From contig NC_134027.1 of assembly GCF_964204645.1 (NCBI RefSeq), positions 14,292,485-14,356,484 of the forward strand: a stretch of DNA of 64,000 nucleotides, read 5' to 3'. Positions 1 to 13,700 of the stretch are shown here, piece after piece (the stretch's first letter is position 1; each line of letters begins with the position of its first letter). The notes beneath the pieces are model-generated. The model did no database searches, was not told the DNA's origin, and worked only from the letters and a program-made list of their open reading frames with translations. The translations under genes were made by a program, and so were the position numbers. Origin of the DNA: Tubulanus polymorphus (lineage: Eukaryota > Animalia > Nemertea).

Positions 1-360
1 TGTATGATACATGTAACTTTATAATTTTCTTGCAAAAATATCTGTAGGACCCCTGGATGTGGGCAACTTATTTTCATACATCAACAAATGGAAATCCCCA
101 AGCATGGTGAATTTAACACAGGCAATTTTCATTACATTTTCAGTTATAAAAATAAAGAAAATTAACAGAAAAAAAATATTTTGAATACCAAAGAGTTAAG
201 TCTGGCTAACCTTCGTTTAGCAGTTTGACATTAAAACATGATCCCGGCAAACACATAGGAAATACATCTTCATCAACCTCACACTCATCTTTCGTTAATA
301 GAACGAATTCATCTGGACTCAAACCAATCTTATTAGACACTATAAGAGATGAGAACTTCA

Positions 361-400
361 AAAATATAGCTGCAAAGCAGCGATAACGGGTTTTCTGCAC
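361..400 (-). mobile_element. 3' end of non-autonomous Helentron/HINE-like element (sub-terminal IR + short hairpin)
   Basis: Minus strand reads CAGAAAACCC-gttatc-GCTGC-ttt-GCAGC-tatattttt. CAGAAAACCC is complementary to the head hairpin AGGGTTTTCTG at 36940 and 28975. The same tail is at 44466-44496. Confidence 0.6.
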
Positions 401-410
401 AGTCATAGAA

Positions 411-578
411 TCCTGTTCAACGGTGGATTTCGACGAAGCATTTGATAAGGCACAACATCAGCCATTACTAAACAGGCTATTATGAAACAATATCAATGAT
501 AGGTCACCCAAATGGCTCAGCAGTTATCTCTGAACGAAAACTTGTAGCCGAAATCAACGGAACGCCTCATCTTGGAAT
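411..578 (+). pseudogene. Degenerate CR1/L2-type LINE reverse transcriptase fragment
   Basis: Translates TVDFDEAFDKAQHQPLLNRLL*...KWLSSYL*, resembling the RT motif xDFxKAFDxVxHxxLLxKL...WxxSYL. Contains stops. Inverted copy at ~44185-44450. Confidence 0.65.
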
Positions 579-643
579 AAGTCGATAAACACTTCAAGCG
601 ACACAGCGAACGATCTCCTTTCCCCCACAGCGAACGCTTAACG

Positions 644-1727
644 CTACTAGCCTATGTAGGCCTATGTATACGCGTAGGCCTATTATCCGGACAGATTGGT
701 CGTAGGCATATTGAATAACAACCCACCTAATTATCGTAAATTTTGTTTTGAAGTTCAATCCAATGAGTCTGTTAATAAACGCAACAATTGTACTGTGTTT
801 GTTTGATACAGTAAAGCTCAGTACCGGTAGGCCTAAAGCCGCGTCAAACTCGATAAACACTTCAAGCGACACAGCGAACGATCCCTTTCCCCCACAGCGA
901 ACGCTTACTCCGAATGTCAAGTGTGAGTCCAGCATACGGATAGTAGTGTGTTATATACTTGTATTTAGTAAATACCTTGTGCATTTGACAATGATCGGTA
1001 TGTACTGTAGGAAATATAGAGTATTGATGGTAATGATATAGAGGTTGAAGCCCGCGGCCGAATAAAGTAATATATTCTTTTATTTTGATACCTCGTCGAC
1101 ATAACAGCTTTTCTCCGCTATATCTCTTCGGCGTGTTTCGTTTAGGCCTACGATTCCCCGGTACACTAAAGATTTATCTTAGTAAATACACGGTTAATTT
1201 GGTAAAGAAATATAGGTATTGTTATACTAACTCCTTGAAACCCGCAGCCAAATCACTGGTAGTAATATATTAATTTGTACTCGATTTGATTCTCGTGATG
1301 AGGAGAAACTCGCAGCTGATCCCCGGAACGACGATGTAGTAACACACGTCGATTCGTCGATGTTTACGGCTCGACAGTGCTTTTAAAATCTAAAGTAGTA
1401 AATTTCCAGTATATCGGTAATAGGATTTGATGAGGAAAATGGGCTATTGTTAAAATCACTGTTTGAAGACCGCGACTGAATTTGATATCTGCGGCAATAA
1501 ATTAGTTCATTTATACTTGAATTGATAATCGAAGTGACAGTCGGCCTGCGGGTTGATTTCGGGATGACGACTCGAAAAACATGTCGCCCCATTGAATGGG
1601 GCTAAATTTTCGATGTTTACGGCCCGACAGCGCTTTTGTAACGATGATTCGTGAAAAAACACGCGGGCTATTTGTAGATCTCAGTGAGCTGAACGATATT
1701 ATATGGATTGTATATGAAACAGCGGTA
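644..1727 (-). repeat. 1.1-kb segment, inverted copy of 37050-38131 (internal body of HINE-like element)
   Basis: Direct reverse-complement match along the length (e.g. ORF 1383..1592 vs 37186..37395). A 58-bp piece (851-908) is also duplicated at 582-640. Confidence 0.9.
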
Positions 1728-4700
1728 AAAACCAAAATGGTGAATTGTCGCGGGCGACAAAACCAAAATAATGAATTGTCGCTGGCGATAAAACCAAAAT
1801 GGTGAATTATCGCGGGCGACAAAACCAAAATGGTGAATTGTCGCGGGCGACAAAACCAAAATAATGAATTGTCGCGGGCGATAAAACCAAAATAATGAAT
1901 TGTCGCCAGCGATAAAACCAAAATAATGAATTGTCGCGGGTGACAAAACCAAAATGGTGAATTGTCTCGGGCGACAAAACCAAAATGGTGAATTATCGCG
2001 GGCGACAAAACCAAAATGGTGAATTGTCGCGGGCGACAAAACCGAAATGGTGAATTGTCGCGGGCGACAAAACCAAAATAATGAATTGTCGCGGGCGATA
2101 AAACCAAAATAATGAATTGTCGCAAGCGATAAAACTAAAATAATGAATTGTCGCGGGTGACAAAACCAAAATGGTGAATTGTCTCGGGCGACAAAACCAA
2201 AATGGTGAATTATCGCGGGCGACAAAACCAAAATGGCGAATTGTCGCGGGCGACAAAACCAAAATGGTGAATTGTCGCTGGTGATAAAACCAAAGTAGTG
2301 AATTGTCGTGGGCGATAAAACCAAAATATTGAATTGTCGCGGGCGACAAAACCAAAATAATGAATTATCGCGGGCGATAAAACCAAAATATTGAATTGTC
2401 GCGGGCGATTAAACCAAAATAATGAATTGTCGCGGGCGACAAAACCAAAATATTGAATTGTCGCGGGAAACAAAACCAAAAGAAAATTGTCGCGGGCGAC
2501 TAAAACAAAATATAAAACCAAATTAATGAATTGTCGCGGGCGACACAACCAAAAAGAAGAATTATCGCGGGCGACAAAACCAAAATAATGAATTGTCGCT
2601 GGAGATAAAACCAAAGTAATGAATTTTCGCAGGCGACAAAACCAAAATATTGAATTGTCGCGGGCGACAAAACCAGACTAATGAATTGTCGCGGGCGACA
2701 AAACCAAAATAATGAATTGTCGCGGGCGATAAAACCAAAATAATGAATTGTCGCCAGCGATAAAACCAAAATAATGAATTGTCGCGGGTGACAAAACCAA
2801 AATGGTGAATTGTCTCGGGCGACAAAACCAAAATGGTGAATTATCGCGGGCGACAAAACCAAAATGGTGAATTGTCGCGGGCGACAAAACCAAAATAATG
2901 AATTGTCGCGGGCGATAAAACCAATATAATGAATTGTCGCAAGCGATAAAACCAAAATAATGAATTGTCGCGGGTGACAAAACCAAAATGGTGAATTGTA
3001 TCGGGCGACAACACCAAAATGGTGAATTATCGCGGGCGACAAAACCAAAATGGTGAATTGTCGCGGGCGACAAAACAAAAATGGTGAATTGTCGCGGGCG
3101 ACAAAACCAAAATAATGAATTGTCGCTGGCGATAAAACCAAAATGGTGAATTATCGCGGGCGACAAAACCAAAATGGTGAATTGTCGCGGGCGACAAAAC
3201 CAAAATAATGAATTGTCGCGGGCGATAAAACCAAAATAATGAATTGTCGCCAGCGATAAAACCAAAATAATGAATTGTCGCGGGTGACAAAACCAAAATG
3301 GTGAATTGTCTCGGGCGACAAAACCAAAATGGTGAATTATCGCGGGCGACAAAACCAAAATGGTGAATTATCGCGGGCGACAAAACCAAAATGGTGAATT
3401 GTCGCGGGCGACAAAACCAAAATAATGAATTGTCGCGGGCGATAAAACCAATATAATGAATTGTCGCAAGCGATAAAACCAAAATAATGAATTGTCGCGG
3501 GTGACAAAACCAAAATGGTGAATTGTATCGGGCGACAAAACCAAAATGGTGAATTATCGCGGGCGACAAAACCAAAATGGTGAATTGTCGAGGGCGACAA
3601 AACCAAAATGGTGAATTATCGCGGGCGACAAAACCAAAATAATGAATTGTCGCTGGCGATAAAACCAAAATGGTGAATTATCGCGGGCGACAAAACCAAA
3701 ATGGTGAATTGTCGCGGGCGACAAAACCAAAATAATGAATTGTCGCGGGCGAAAAAACCAAAATAATGAATTGTCGCCAGCGATGAAACCAAAATAATGA
3801 ATTGTCGCGGGTGACAAAACCAAAATGGTGAATTATCGCGGGCGACAAAACAAAAATGGTGAATTGTCGCGGGCAACAAAACCAAAATAATGAATTGTCG
3901 CGGGCGACAAAACCAAAAAGAAAAATTGTCGCGGTCGACAAAACCAAAATAATGAATTGTCGCTGGTGATAAAACCAAAGTAGTGAATTGTCGTGGGCGA
4001 TAAAACCAAAATATTGAATTTTCGCGGGCGACAAAAGCAAAATATTGAATTGTCGCGGTCGACAAAACCAAAATAATGAATTGTCGCTGGCGATAAAACC
4101 AAAGTAGTGAATTGTCGTGGGCGATAAAACCAAAATATTGAATTGTTGCGGGCGATCAAACCAAAATAATGATTGTCGCGGGCGACAAAACCAAAATATT
4201 GAATTTTCGCGGGCGACAAAACCAAAATGATAAATTGTCGCTGGCGATTAAACCAAAGTAGTGAATTGTCGTGGGCGATAAAACCAAAATATTGAATTGT
4301 CGCGGGCGATCAAACCAAAATAATGAATTGTCGCGGGCGACAAAACCAAAATATTGAATTTTCGCGGGCGACAAAACCAAAATATTGAATTGTCGCGGTC
4401 GACAAAACCAAAATAATGAATTGTCGCGGGCAATAAAACCAAAATAATGAATTATTGCGGGCGACAAAACCAGACTAATGAATTGTCGCGGGCCACAAAA
4501 CCAAAATATTGAATTGTCGCGGGCGACGAAACCAAAAAAAATTGTTGCGGGCACCTCAAACAAAATATAAAACCAAAATAATGAATTGTCGCTGGCGACA
4601 AAACCAAAAAAAGAATTGTCACGGGCGATAAAACCAAAATAATGAATTGTCGCTGGAGATAAAACCAAAGTAATGAATTGTCGCAGGCGACAAAACCAAA

Positions 4701-7700
4701 ATATTGAATTGTCGCGGGCGATCAAACCAAAATAATGAATTGTCGCGGGCGACAAAACCAAAATAATGAATTGTGGCGGGCGATAAAACCAATATAATGA
4801 ATTGTCGCAAGCGATAAAACCAAAATAATGAATTGTCATGGGTGACAAAACCAAAATGGTGAATTGTATCGGGCGACAAAACCAAAATAATGAATTGTCG
4901 CAAGCGATAAAACTAAAATTATGAAATGTCGCGGGTGACAAAACCAAAATGGTGAATTGTCGCTGGCGATAAAATCAAAGTAGTGAATTGTCGTGGGCGA
5001 TAAAACCAAAATATTGAATTGTCGCGGGCGATCAAACCAAAATAATGAATTGTCGCGGGCGACAAAACCAAAATATTGAATTTTCGCGGGCGACAAAACC
5101 AAAATATTCAATTGTCGCGGTCGACAAAACCAAAATAATGAATTGTCGCGGGCAATAAAACCAAAATAATGAATTATTGCGGGCGACAAAACCAGACTAA
5201 TGAATTGTCGCGGGCGATTAAACCAAAATAATGAATTGTCGCGGGCCACAAAACCAAAATATTGAATTGTCGCGGGCGACGAAACCAAAAAAAATTGTCG
5301 CGGGCGCCTCAAACAAAATATAAAACCAAAATAATGAATTGTCGCTGGCGGCAAAACCAAAAAAAGAATTGTCACGGGCGATAAAACCAAAATAATGAAT
5401 TGTCGCTGGAGATAAAACGAAAGTAATGAATTGTCGCAGGCGACAAAACCAAAATATTGAATTGTCGCGGGCGACAAAACCAGACTAATGAATTGTCGCG
5501 GGCGACAAAACCAAAATAATGAATTGTCGCGGTGAAAAACCAAAATAATGAATTGTCGCCAGCGATAAAACCAAAATAATGAATTGTCGCGGGTGACAAA
5601 ACCAAAATGGTGAATTGTCTCGGGCGACAAAACCAAAATGGTGAATTATCGCGGGCGACAAAACCAAAATGGTGAATTGTCGCGGGCGACAAAACCAAAA
5701 TGGTGAATTGTCGCGGGCGACAAAACCAAAATAATGAATTGTCGCGGGCGACAAAACCAAAATAATGAATTGTCGCTGGCGATAAAACCAAAATGGTGAA
5801 TTATCGCGGGCGACAAAACCAAAATGGTGAATTGTCGCGGGCGACAAAACCAAAAAGAAAAATTGTCGCGGTCGACAAAACCAAAATAATGAATTGTCGC
5901 TGGTGATAAAACCAAAGTAGTGAATTGTCGTGGGCGATAAAACCAAAATATTGAATTTTCGCGGGCGACAAAAGCAAAATATTGAATTGTCGCGGTCGAC
6001 AAAACCAAAATAATGAATTGTCGCTGGCGATAAAACCAAAGTAGTGAATTGTCGTGGGCGATAAAACCAAAATATTGAATTGTCGCGGGCGATCAAACCA
6101 AAATAATGATTGTCGCGGGCGACAAAACCAAAATATTGAATTGTCGCGGGCGACGAAACCAAAAAAAAATTGTCGCGGGCGCCTCAAACAAAATATAAAA
6201 CCAAAATAATGAATTGTCGCTGGCGGCAAAACCAAAAAAAGAATTGTCACGGGCGATAAAACCAAAATAATGAATTGTCGCTGGAGATAAAACGAAAGTA
6301 ATGAATTGTCGCAGGCGACAAAACCAAAATATTGAATTGTCGCGGGCGACAAAACCAGACTAATGAATTGTCGCGGGCGACAAAACCAAAATAATGAATT
6401 GTCGCGGTGAAAAACCAAAATAATGAATTGTCGCCAGCGATAAAACCAAAATAATGAATTGTCGCGGGTGACAAAACCAAAATGGTGAATTGTCTCGGGC
6501 GACAAAACCAAAATGGTGAATTATCGCGGGCGACAAAACCAAAATGGTGAATTGTCGCGGGCGACAAAACCAAAATGGTGAATTGTCGCGGGCGACAAAA
6601 CCAAAATAATGAATTGTCGCGGGCGATAAAACCAATATAATGAATTGTCGCGGGTGACAAAACCAAAATGGTGAATTGTATCGGGCGACAAAACCAAAAT
6701 GGTGAATTATCGCGGGCGACAAAACCAAAATGGTGAATTGTCGCGGGCGACAAAACCAAAATAATGAATTGTCGCGGGCGACAAAACCAAAATAATGAAT
6801 TGTCGCTGGCGATAAAACCAAAATGGTGAATTATCGCGGGCGACAAAACCAAAATGGTGAATTGTCGCGGGCGACAAAACCAAAATAATGAATTGTCGCG
6901 GGCGATAAAACCAAAATAATGAATTGTCGCCAGCGATAATACCAAAATAATGAATTGTCGCGGGTGACAAAACCAAAATGGTGAATTGTATCGGGCGACA
7001 AAACCAAAATGGTGAATTATCGCGGGCGACAAAACAAAAATGGTGAATTGTCGCGGGCAACAAAACCAAAATAATGAATTGTCGCGGGCGACAAAACCAA
7101 AAAGAAAAATTGTCGCGGTCGACAAAACCAAAATAATGAATTGTCGCTGGTGATAAAACCAAAGTAGTGAATTGTCGTGGGCGATAAAACCAAAATATTG
7201 AATTGTCGTGGTCGACAAAACCAAAATAATGAATTGTCGCGGGCAATAAAACCAAAATAATGAATTATTGCGGGCGACAAAACCAGACTAATGAATTGTC
7301 GCGGGCGATTAAACCAAAATAATGAATTGTCGCGGGCCACAAAACCAAAATATTGAATTGTCGCGGGCGACGAAACCAAAAAAAAATTGTCGCGGGCGCC
7401 TCAAACAAAATATAAAACCAAAATAATGAATTGTCGCTGGCGACAAAACCAAAAAAAGAATTGTCACGGGCGATAAAACCAAAATAATGAATTGTCGCGG
7501 TCGACAAAACCAAAATAATGAATTGTCGCTGGCGATAAAACCAAAGTAGTGAATTGTCGTGGGCGATAAAACCAAAATATTGAATTGTCGCGGGCGATCA
7601 AACCAAAATAATGAATTGTCGCGGGCGACAAAACCAAAATAATGAATTGTCGCTGGCGATAAAACCAAAGTAGTGAATTGTCGTGGGCGATAAAACCAAA

Positions 7701-10700
7701 ATATTGAATTGTCGCGGGTGACAAAACCAAAATGGTGAATTGTATCGGGCGACAAAACCAAAATGGTGAATTATCGCGGGCGACAAAACCAAAATGGTGA
7801 ATTGTCGCGGGCGACAAAACCAAAAAAAGAATTGTCGAGGCGACAAAACCAAAATAATGAATTGTCGCGAGCGATAAAACCAAAATAATGAATTGTCGCG
7901 GGTGACAAAACCAAAATGGTGAATTGTATCGGGCGACAAAACCAAAATGGTGAATTATCGCGGGCGACAAAACCAAAATGGTGAATTGTCGCGGGCGACA
8001 AAACCAAAATAATGAATTGTTGCTGGCGATAAAACCAAAATAATGAATTGTCGCGGGCGATAAAACCAAAATGGTGAATTATCGCGGGTGACAAAACCAA
8101 AATGGCGAATTGTCTCGGGCGACAAAACCAAAATGGTGAATTATCGCTGGCGACAAAACCAAAATGGTGAATTGTCGCGGGCGACAAAACCAAAATAATG
8201 AATTGTCGCGGGCGATAAAACCAATATAATGAATTGTCGCAAGCGATAAAACCAAAATAATGAATTGTCGCGGGTGACAAAACCAAAATGGTGAATTGTA
8301 TCGGGCGACAAAACCAAAATGGTGAATTATCGCGGGCGACAAAACCAAAATGGTGAATTGTCGAGGGCGACAAAACCAAAATGGTGAATTATCGCGGGCG
8401 ACAAAACCAAAATAATGAATTGTCGCTGGCGATAAAACCAAAATGGTGAATTATCGCGGGCGACAAAACCAAAATGGTGAATTGTCGCGGGCGACAAAAC
8501 CAAAATAATGAATTGTCGCGGGCGAAAAAACCAAAATAATGAATTGTCGCCAGCGATAAAACCAAAATAATGAATTGTCGCGGGTGACAAAACCAAAATG
8601 GTGAATTATCGCGGGCGACAAAACAAAAATGGTGAATTGTCGCGGGCAACAAAACCAAAATAATGAATTGTCGCGGGCGACAAAACCAAAAAGAAAAATT
8701 GTCGCGGTCGACAAAACCAAAATAATGAATTGTCGCTGGTGATAAAACCAAAGTAGTGAATTGTCGTGGGCGATAAAACCAAAATATTGAATTTTCGCGG
8801 GCGACAAAAGCAAAATATTGAATTGTCGCGGTCGACAAAACCAAAATAATGAATTGTCGCTGGCGATAAAACCAAAGTAGTGAATTGTCGTGGGCGATAA
8901 AACCAAAATATTGAATTGTCGCGGGCGACAAAACCAAAATAATGAATTGTGGCGGGCGATAAAACCAATATAATGAATTGTCGCAAGCGATAAAACCAAA
9001 ATAATGAATTGTCACGGGTGACAAAACCAAAATGGTGAATTGTATCGGGCGACAAAACCAAAATAATGAATTGTCGCAAGCGATAAAACTAAAATTATGA
9101 AATGTCGCGGGTGACAAAACCAAAATGGTGAATTGTCGCTGGCGATAAAATCAAAGTAGTGAATTGTCGTGGGCGATAAAACCAAAATATTGAATTGTCG
9201 CGGGCGATCGAACCAAAATAATGAATTGTCGCGGGCGACAAAACCAAAATATTGAATTTTCGCGGGCGACAAAACCAAAATATTCAATTGTCGCGGTCGA
9301 CAAAACCAAAATAATGAATTGTCGCGGGCAATAAAACCAAAATAATGAATTATTGCGGGCGACAAAACCAGACTAATGAATTGTCGCGGGCGATTAAACC
9401 AAAATAATGAATTGTCGCGGGCCACAAAACCAAAATATTGAATTGTCGCGGGCGACGAAACCAAAAAAAATTGTCGCGGGCGCCTCAAACAAAATATAAA
9501 ACCAAAATAATGAATTGTCGCTGGCGGCAAAACCAAAAAAAGAATTGTCACGGGCGATAAAACCAAAATAATGAATTGTCGCTGGAGATAAAACGAAAGT
9601 AATGAATTGTCGCAGGCGACAAAACCAAAATATTGAATTGTCGCGGGCGACAAAACCAGACTAATGAATTGTCGCGGGCGACAAAACCAAAATAATGAAT
9701 TGTCGCGGTGAAAAACCAAAATAATGAATTGTCGCCAGCGATAAAACCAAAATAATGAATTGTCGCGGGTGACAAAACCAAAATGGTGAATTGTCTCGGG
9801 CGACAAAACCAAAATGGTGAATTATCGCGGGCGACAAAACCAAAATGGTGAATTGTCACGGGCGACAAAACCAAAATGGTGAATTGTCGCGGGCGACAAA
9901 ACCAAAATAATGAATTGTCGCGGGCGATAAAACCAATATAATGAATTGTCGCGGGTGACAAAACCAAAATGGTGAATTGTATCGGGCGACAAAACCAAAA
10001 TGGTGAATTATCGCGGGCGACAAAACCAAAATGGTGAATTGTCGCGGGCGACAAAACCAAAATAATGAATTGTCGCGGGCGACAAAACCAAAATAATGAA
10101 TTGTCGCTGGCGATAAAACCAAAATGGTGAATTATCGCGGGCGACAAAACCAAAATGGTGAATTGTCGCGGGCGACAAAACCAAAATAATGAATTGTCGC
10201 GGGCGATAAAACCAAAATAATGAATTGTCGCCAGCGATAATACCAAAATAATGAATTGTCGCGGGTGACAAAACCAAAATGGTGAATTGTATCGGGCGAC
10301 AAAACCAAAATGGTGAATTATCGCGGGCGACAAAACAAAAATGGTGAATTGTCGCGGGCAACAAAACCAAAATAATGAATTGTCGCGGGCGACAAAACCA
10401 AAAAGAAAAATTGTCGCAGTCGACAAAACCAAAATAATGAATTGTCGCTGGTGATAAAACCAAAGTAGTGAATTGTCGTGGGCGATAAAACCAAAATATT
10501 GAATTGTCGTGGTCGACAAAACCAAAATAATGAATTGTCGCGGGCAATAAAACCAAAATAATGAATTATTGCGGGTGACAAAACCAGACTAATGAATTGT
10601 CGCGGGCGATTAAACCAAAATAATGAATTGTCGCGGGCCACAAAACCAAAATATTGAATTGTCGCGGGCGACGAAACCAAAAAAAATTGTCGCGGGCGCC

Positions 10701-13700
10701 TCAAACAAAATATAAAACCAAAATAATGAATTGTCGCTGGCGACAAAACCAAAAAAAGAATTGTCACGGGCGATAAAACCAAAATAATGAATTGTCGCGG
10801 TCGACAAAACCAAAATAATGAATTGTCGCTGGCGATAAAACCAAAGTAGTGAATTGTCGTGGGCGATAAAACCAAAATATTGAATTGTCGCGGGCGATCA
10901 AACCAAAATAATGAATTGTCGCGGGCGACAAAACCAAAATAATGAATTGTCGCTGGCGATAAAACCAAAGTAGTGAATTGTCGTGGGCGATAAAACCAAA
11001 ATATTGAATTGTCGCGGGTGACAAAACCAAAATGGTGAATTGTATCGGGCGACAAAACCAAAATGGTGAATTATCGCGGGCGACAAAACCAAAATGGTGA
11101 ATTGTCGCGGGCGACAAAACCAAAAAAAGAATTGTCGAGGCGACAAAACCAAAATAATGAATTGTCGCGAGCGATAAAACCAAAATAATGAATTGTCGCG
11201 GGTGACAAAACCAAAATGGTGAATTGTATCGGGCGACAAAACCAAAATGGTGAATTATCGCGGGCGACAAAACCAAAATGGTGAATTGTCGCGGGCGACA
11301 AAACCAAAATAATGAATTGTTGCTGGCGATAAAACCAAAATAATGAATTGTCGCGGGCGATAAAACCAAAATGGTGAATTATCGCGGGCGACAAAACCAA
11401 AATAATGAATTGTCGCTGGCGATAAAACCAAAATGGTGAATTATCGCGGGCGACAAAACCAAAATGGTGAATTGTCGCGGGCGACAAAACCAAAATGGTG
11501 AATTGTCGCGGGCGACAAAACCAAAATAATGAATTGTCGCGGGCGATAAAACCAAAATAATGAATTGTCGCCAGCGATAAAACCAAAATAATGAATTGTC
11601 GCGGGTGACAAAACCAAAATGGTGAATTGTATCGGGTGACAAAACCAAAATGGTGAATTATCGCGGGCGACAAAACAAAAATGGTGAATTGTCGCGGGCA
11701 ACAAAACCAAAATAATGAATTGTCGCGGGCGACAAAACCAAAAAGAAAAATTGTCGCGGTCGACAAAACCAAAATAATGAATTGTCGCTGGTGATAAAAC
11801 CAAAGTAGTGAATTGTCGTGGGCGATAAAACCAAAATATTGAATTTTCGCGGGCGATAAAACCAAAATATTGAATTTTCGCGGTCGACAAAACCAAAATA
11901 ATGAATTGTCGCTGGCGATAAAACCAAAGTAGTGAATTGTCGTGGGCGATAAAACCAAAATATTGAATTGTCGCGGGCGATCAAACCAAAATAATGATTG
12001 TCGCGGGCGACAAAACCAAAATATTGAATTTTCGCGGGCGACAAAACCAAAATAATGAATTGTCGCTGGCGATAAAACCAAAGTAGTGAATTGTCGTGGG
12101 CGATAAAACCAAAATATTGAATTGTCGCGGGCGATCAAACCAAAATAATGAATTGTCGCGGGCGACAAAACCAAAATATTGAATTTTCGCGGGCGACAAA
12201 ACCAAAATATTGAATTGTCGCGGTCGACAAAACCAAAATAATGAATTGTCGCGGGCAATAAAACCAAAATAATGAATTATTGCGGGCGACAAAACCAGAC
12301 TAATGAATTGTCGCGGGCGATTAAACCAAAATAATGAATTGTCGCGGGCCACAAAACCAAAATATTGAATTGTCGCGGGCGACGAAACCAAAAAAAAATT
12401 GTCGCGGGCGCCTCAAACAAAATATAAAACCAAAATAATGAATTGTCGCTGGCGACAAAACCAAAAAAAGAATTGTCACGGGCGATAAAACCAAAATAAT
12501 GAATTGTCGCGGTCGACAAAACCAAAATAATGAATTGTCGCTGGCGATAAAACCAAAATGGTGAATTGTCGCGGGCGACAAAACCAAAATAATGAATTGT
12601 CGCGGGCGATAAGAAAATAATGAATTGTCGCCAGCAATAAAACCAAAATAATGAATTGTCGCGGGTGACAAAACCAAAATGGTGAATTGTATCGGGCGAC
12701 AAAACCAAAATGGTGAATTGTATCGGGCGACAAAACCAAAATGGTGAATTATCGCGGGCGACAAAACAAAAATGGTGAATTGTCGCGGGCAACAAAACCA
12801 AAATAATGAATTGTCGCGGGCGACAAAACCAAAAAGAAAAATTGTCGCGGTCGACAAAACCAAAATAATGAATTGTCGCTGGTGATAAAACCAAAGTAGT
12901 GAATTGTCGTGGGCGATAAAACCAAAATATTGAATTTTCGCGGGCGACAAAACCAAAATATTGAATTGTCGCGGTCGACAAAACCAAAATAATGAATTGT
13001 CGCTGGCGATAAAACCAAAGTAGTGAATTGTCGTGGGCGATAAAACCAAAATATTGAATTTTCGCGGGCTATCAAACCAAAATAATGAATTGTCGCGGGC
13101 GACAAAACCAAAATATTGAATTTTCGCGGGCGACAAAACCAAAATATTGAATTGTCGCGGTCGACAAAACCAAAATAATGAATTGTCGCGGGCAATAAAA
13201 CCAAAATAATTAATTATTGCGGGCGACAAAACCAGACTAATGAATTGTCGCGGGCGATTAAACCAAAATAATTAATTGTCGCGGGCCACAAAACCAAAAT
13301 ATTGAATTGTCGCGGGCGACGAAACCAAAAAAAAATTGTCGCGGGCGCCTCAAACAAAATATAAAACCAAAATAATGAATTGTCGCTGGCGACAAAACCA
13401 AAAGAAGAATTGTCACGGGCGATAAAACCAAAATAATGAATTGTCGCTGGAGATAAAACCAAAGTAATGAATTGTCGCAGGCGACAAAACCAAAATATTG
13501 AATTGTCGCGGGCGACAAAACCAGACTAATGAATTGTGGCGGGCGACAAAACCAAAATAATGAATTGTCGCGGGCGATAAAACCAAAATAATGAATTGTC
13601 GCCAGCGATAAAACCAAAATAATGAATTGTCGCGGGTGACAAAACCAAAATGGTGAATTGTCTCGGGCGACAAAACCAAAATGGTGAATTATCGCGGGCG

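Noticed and set aside
1-360. Possible host coding sequence (ORF 206..406)
   Set aside because: Starts within the HINE tail; no recognisable domain.
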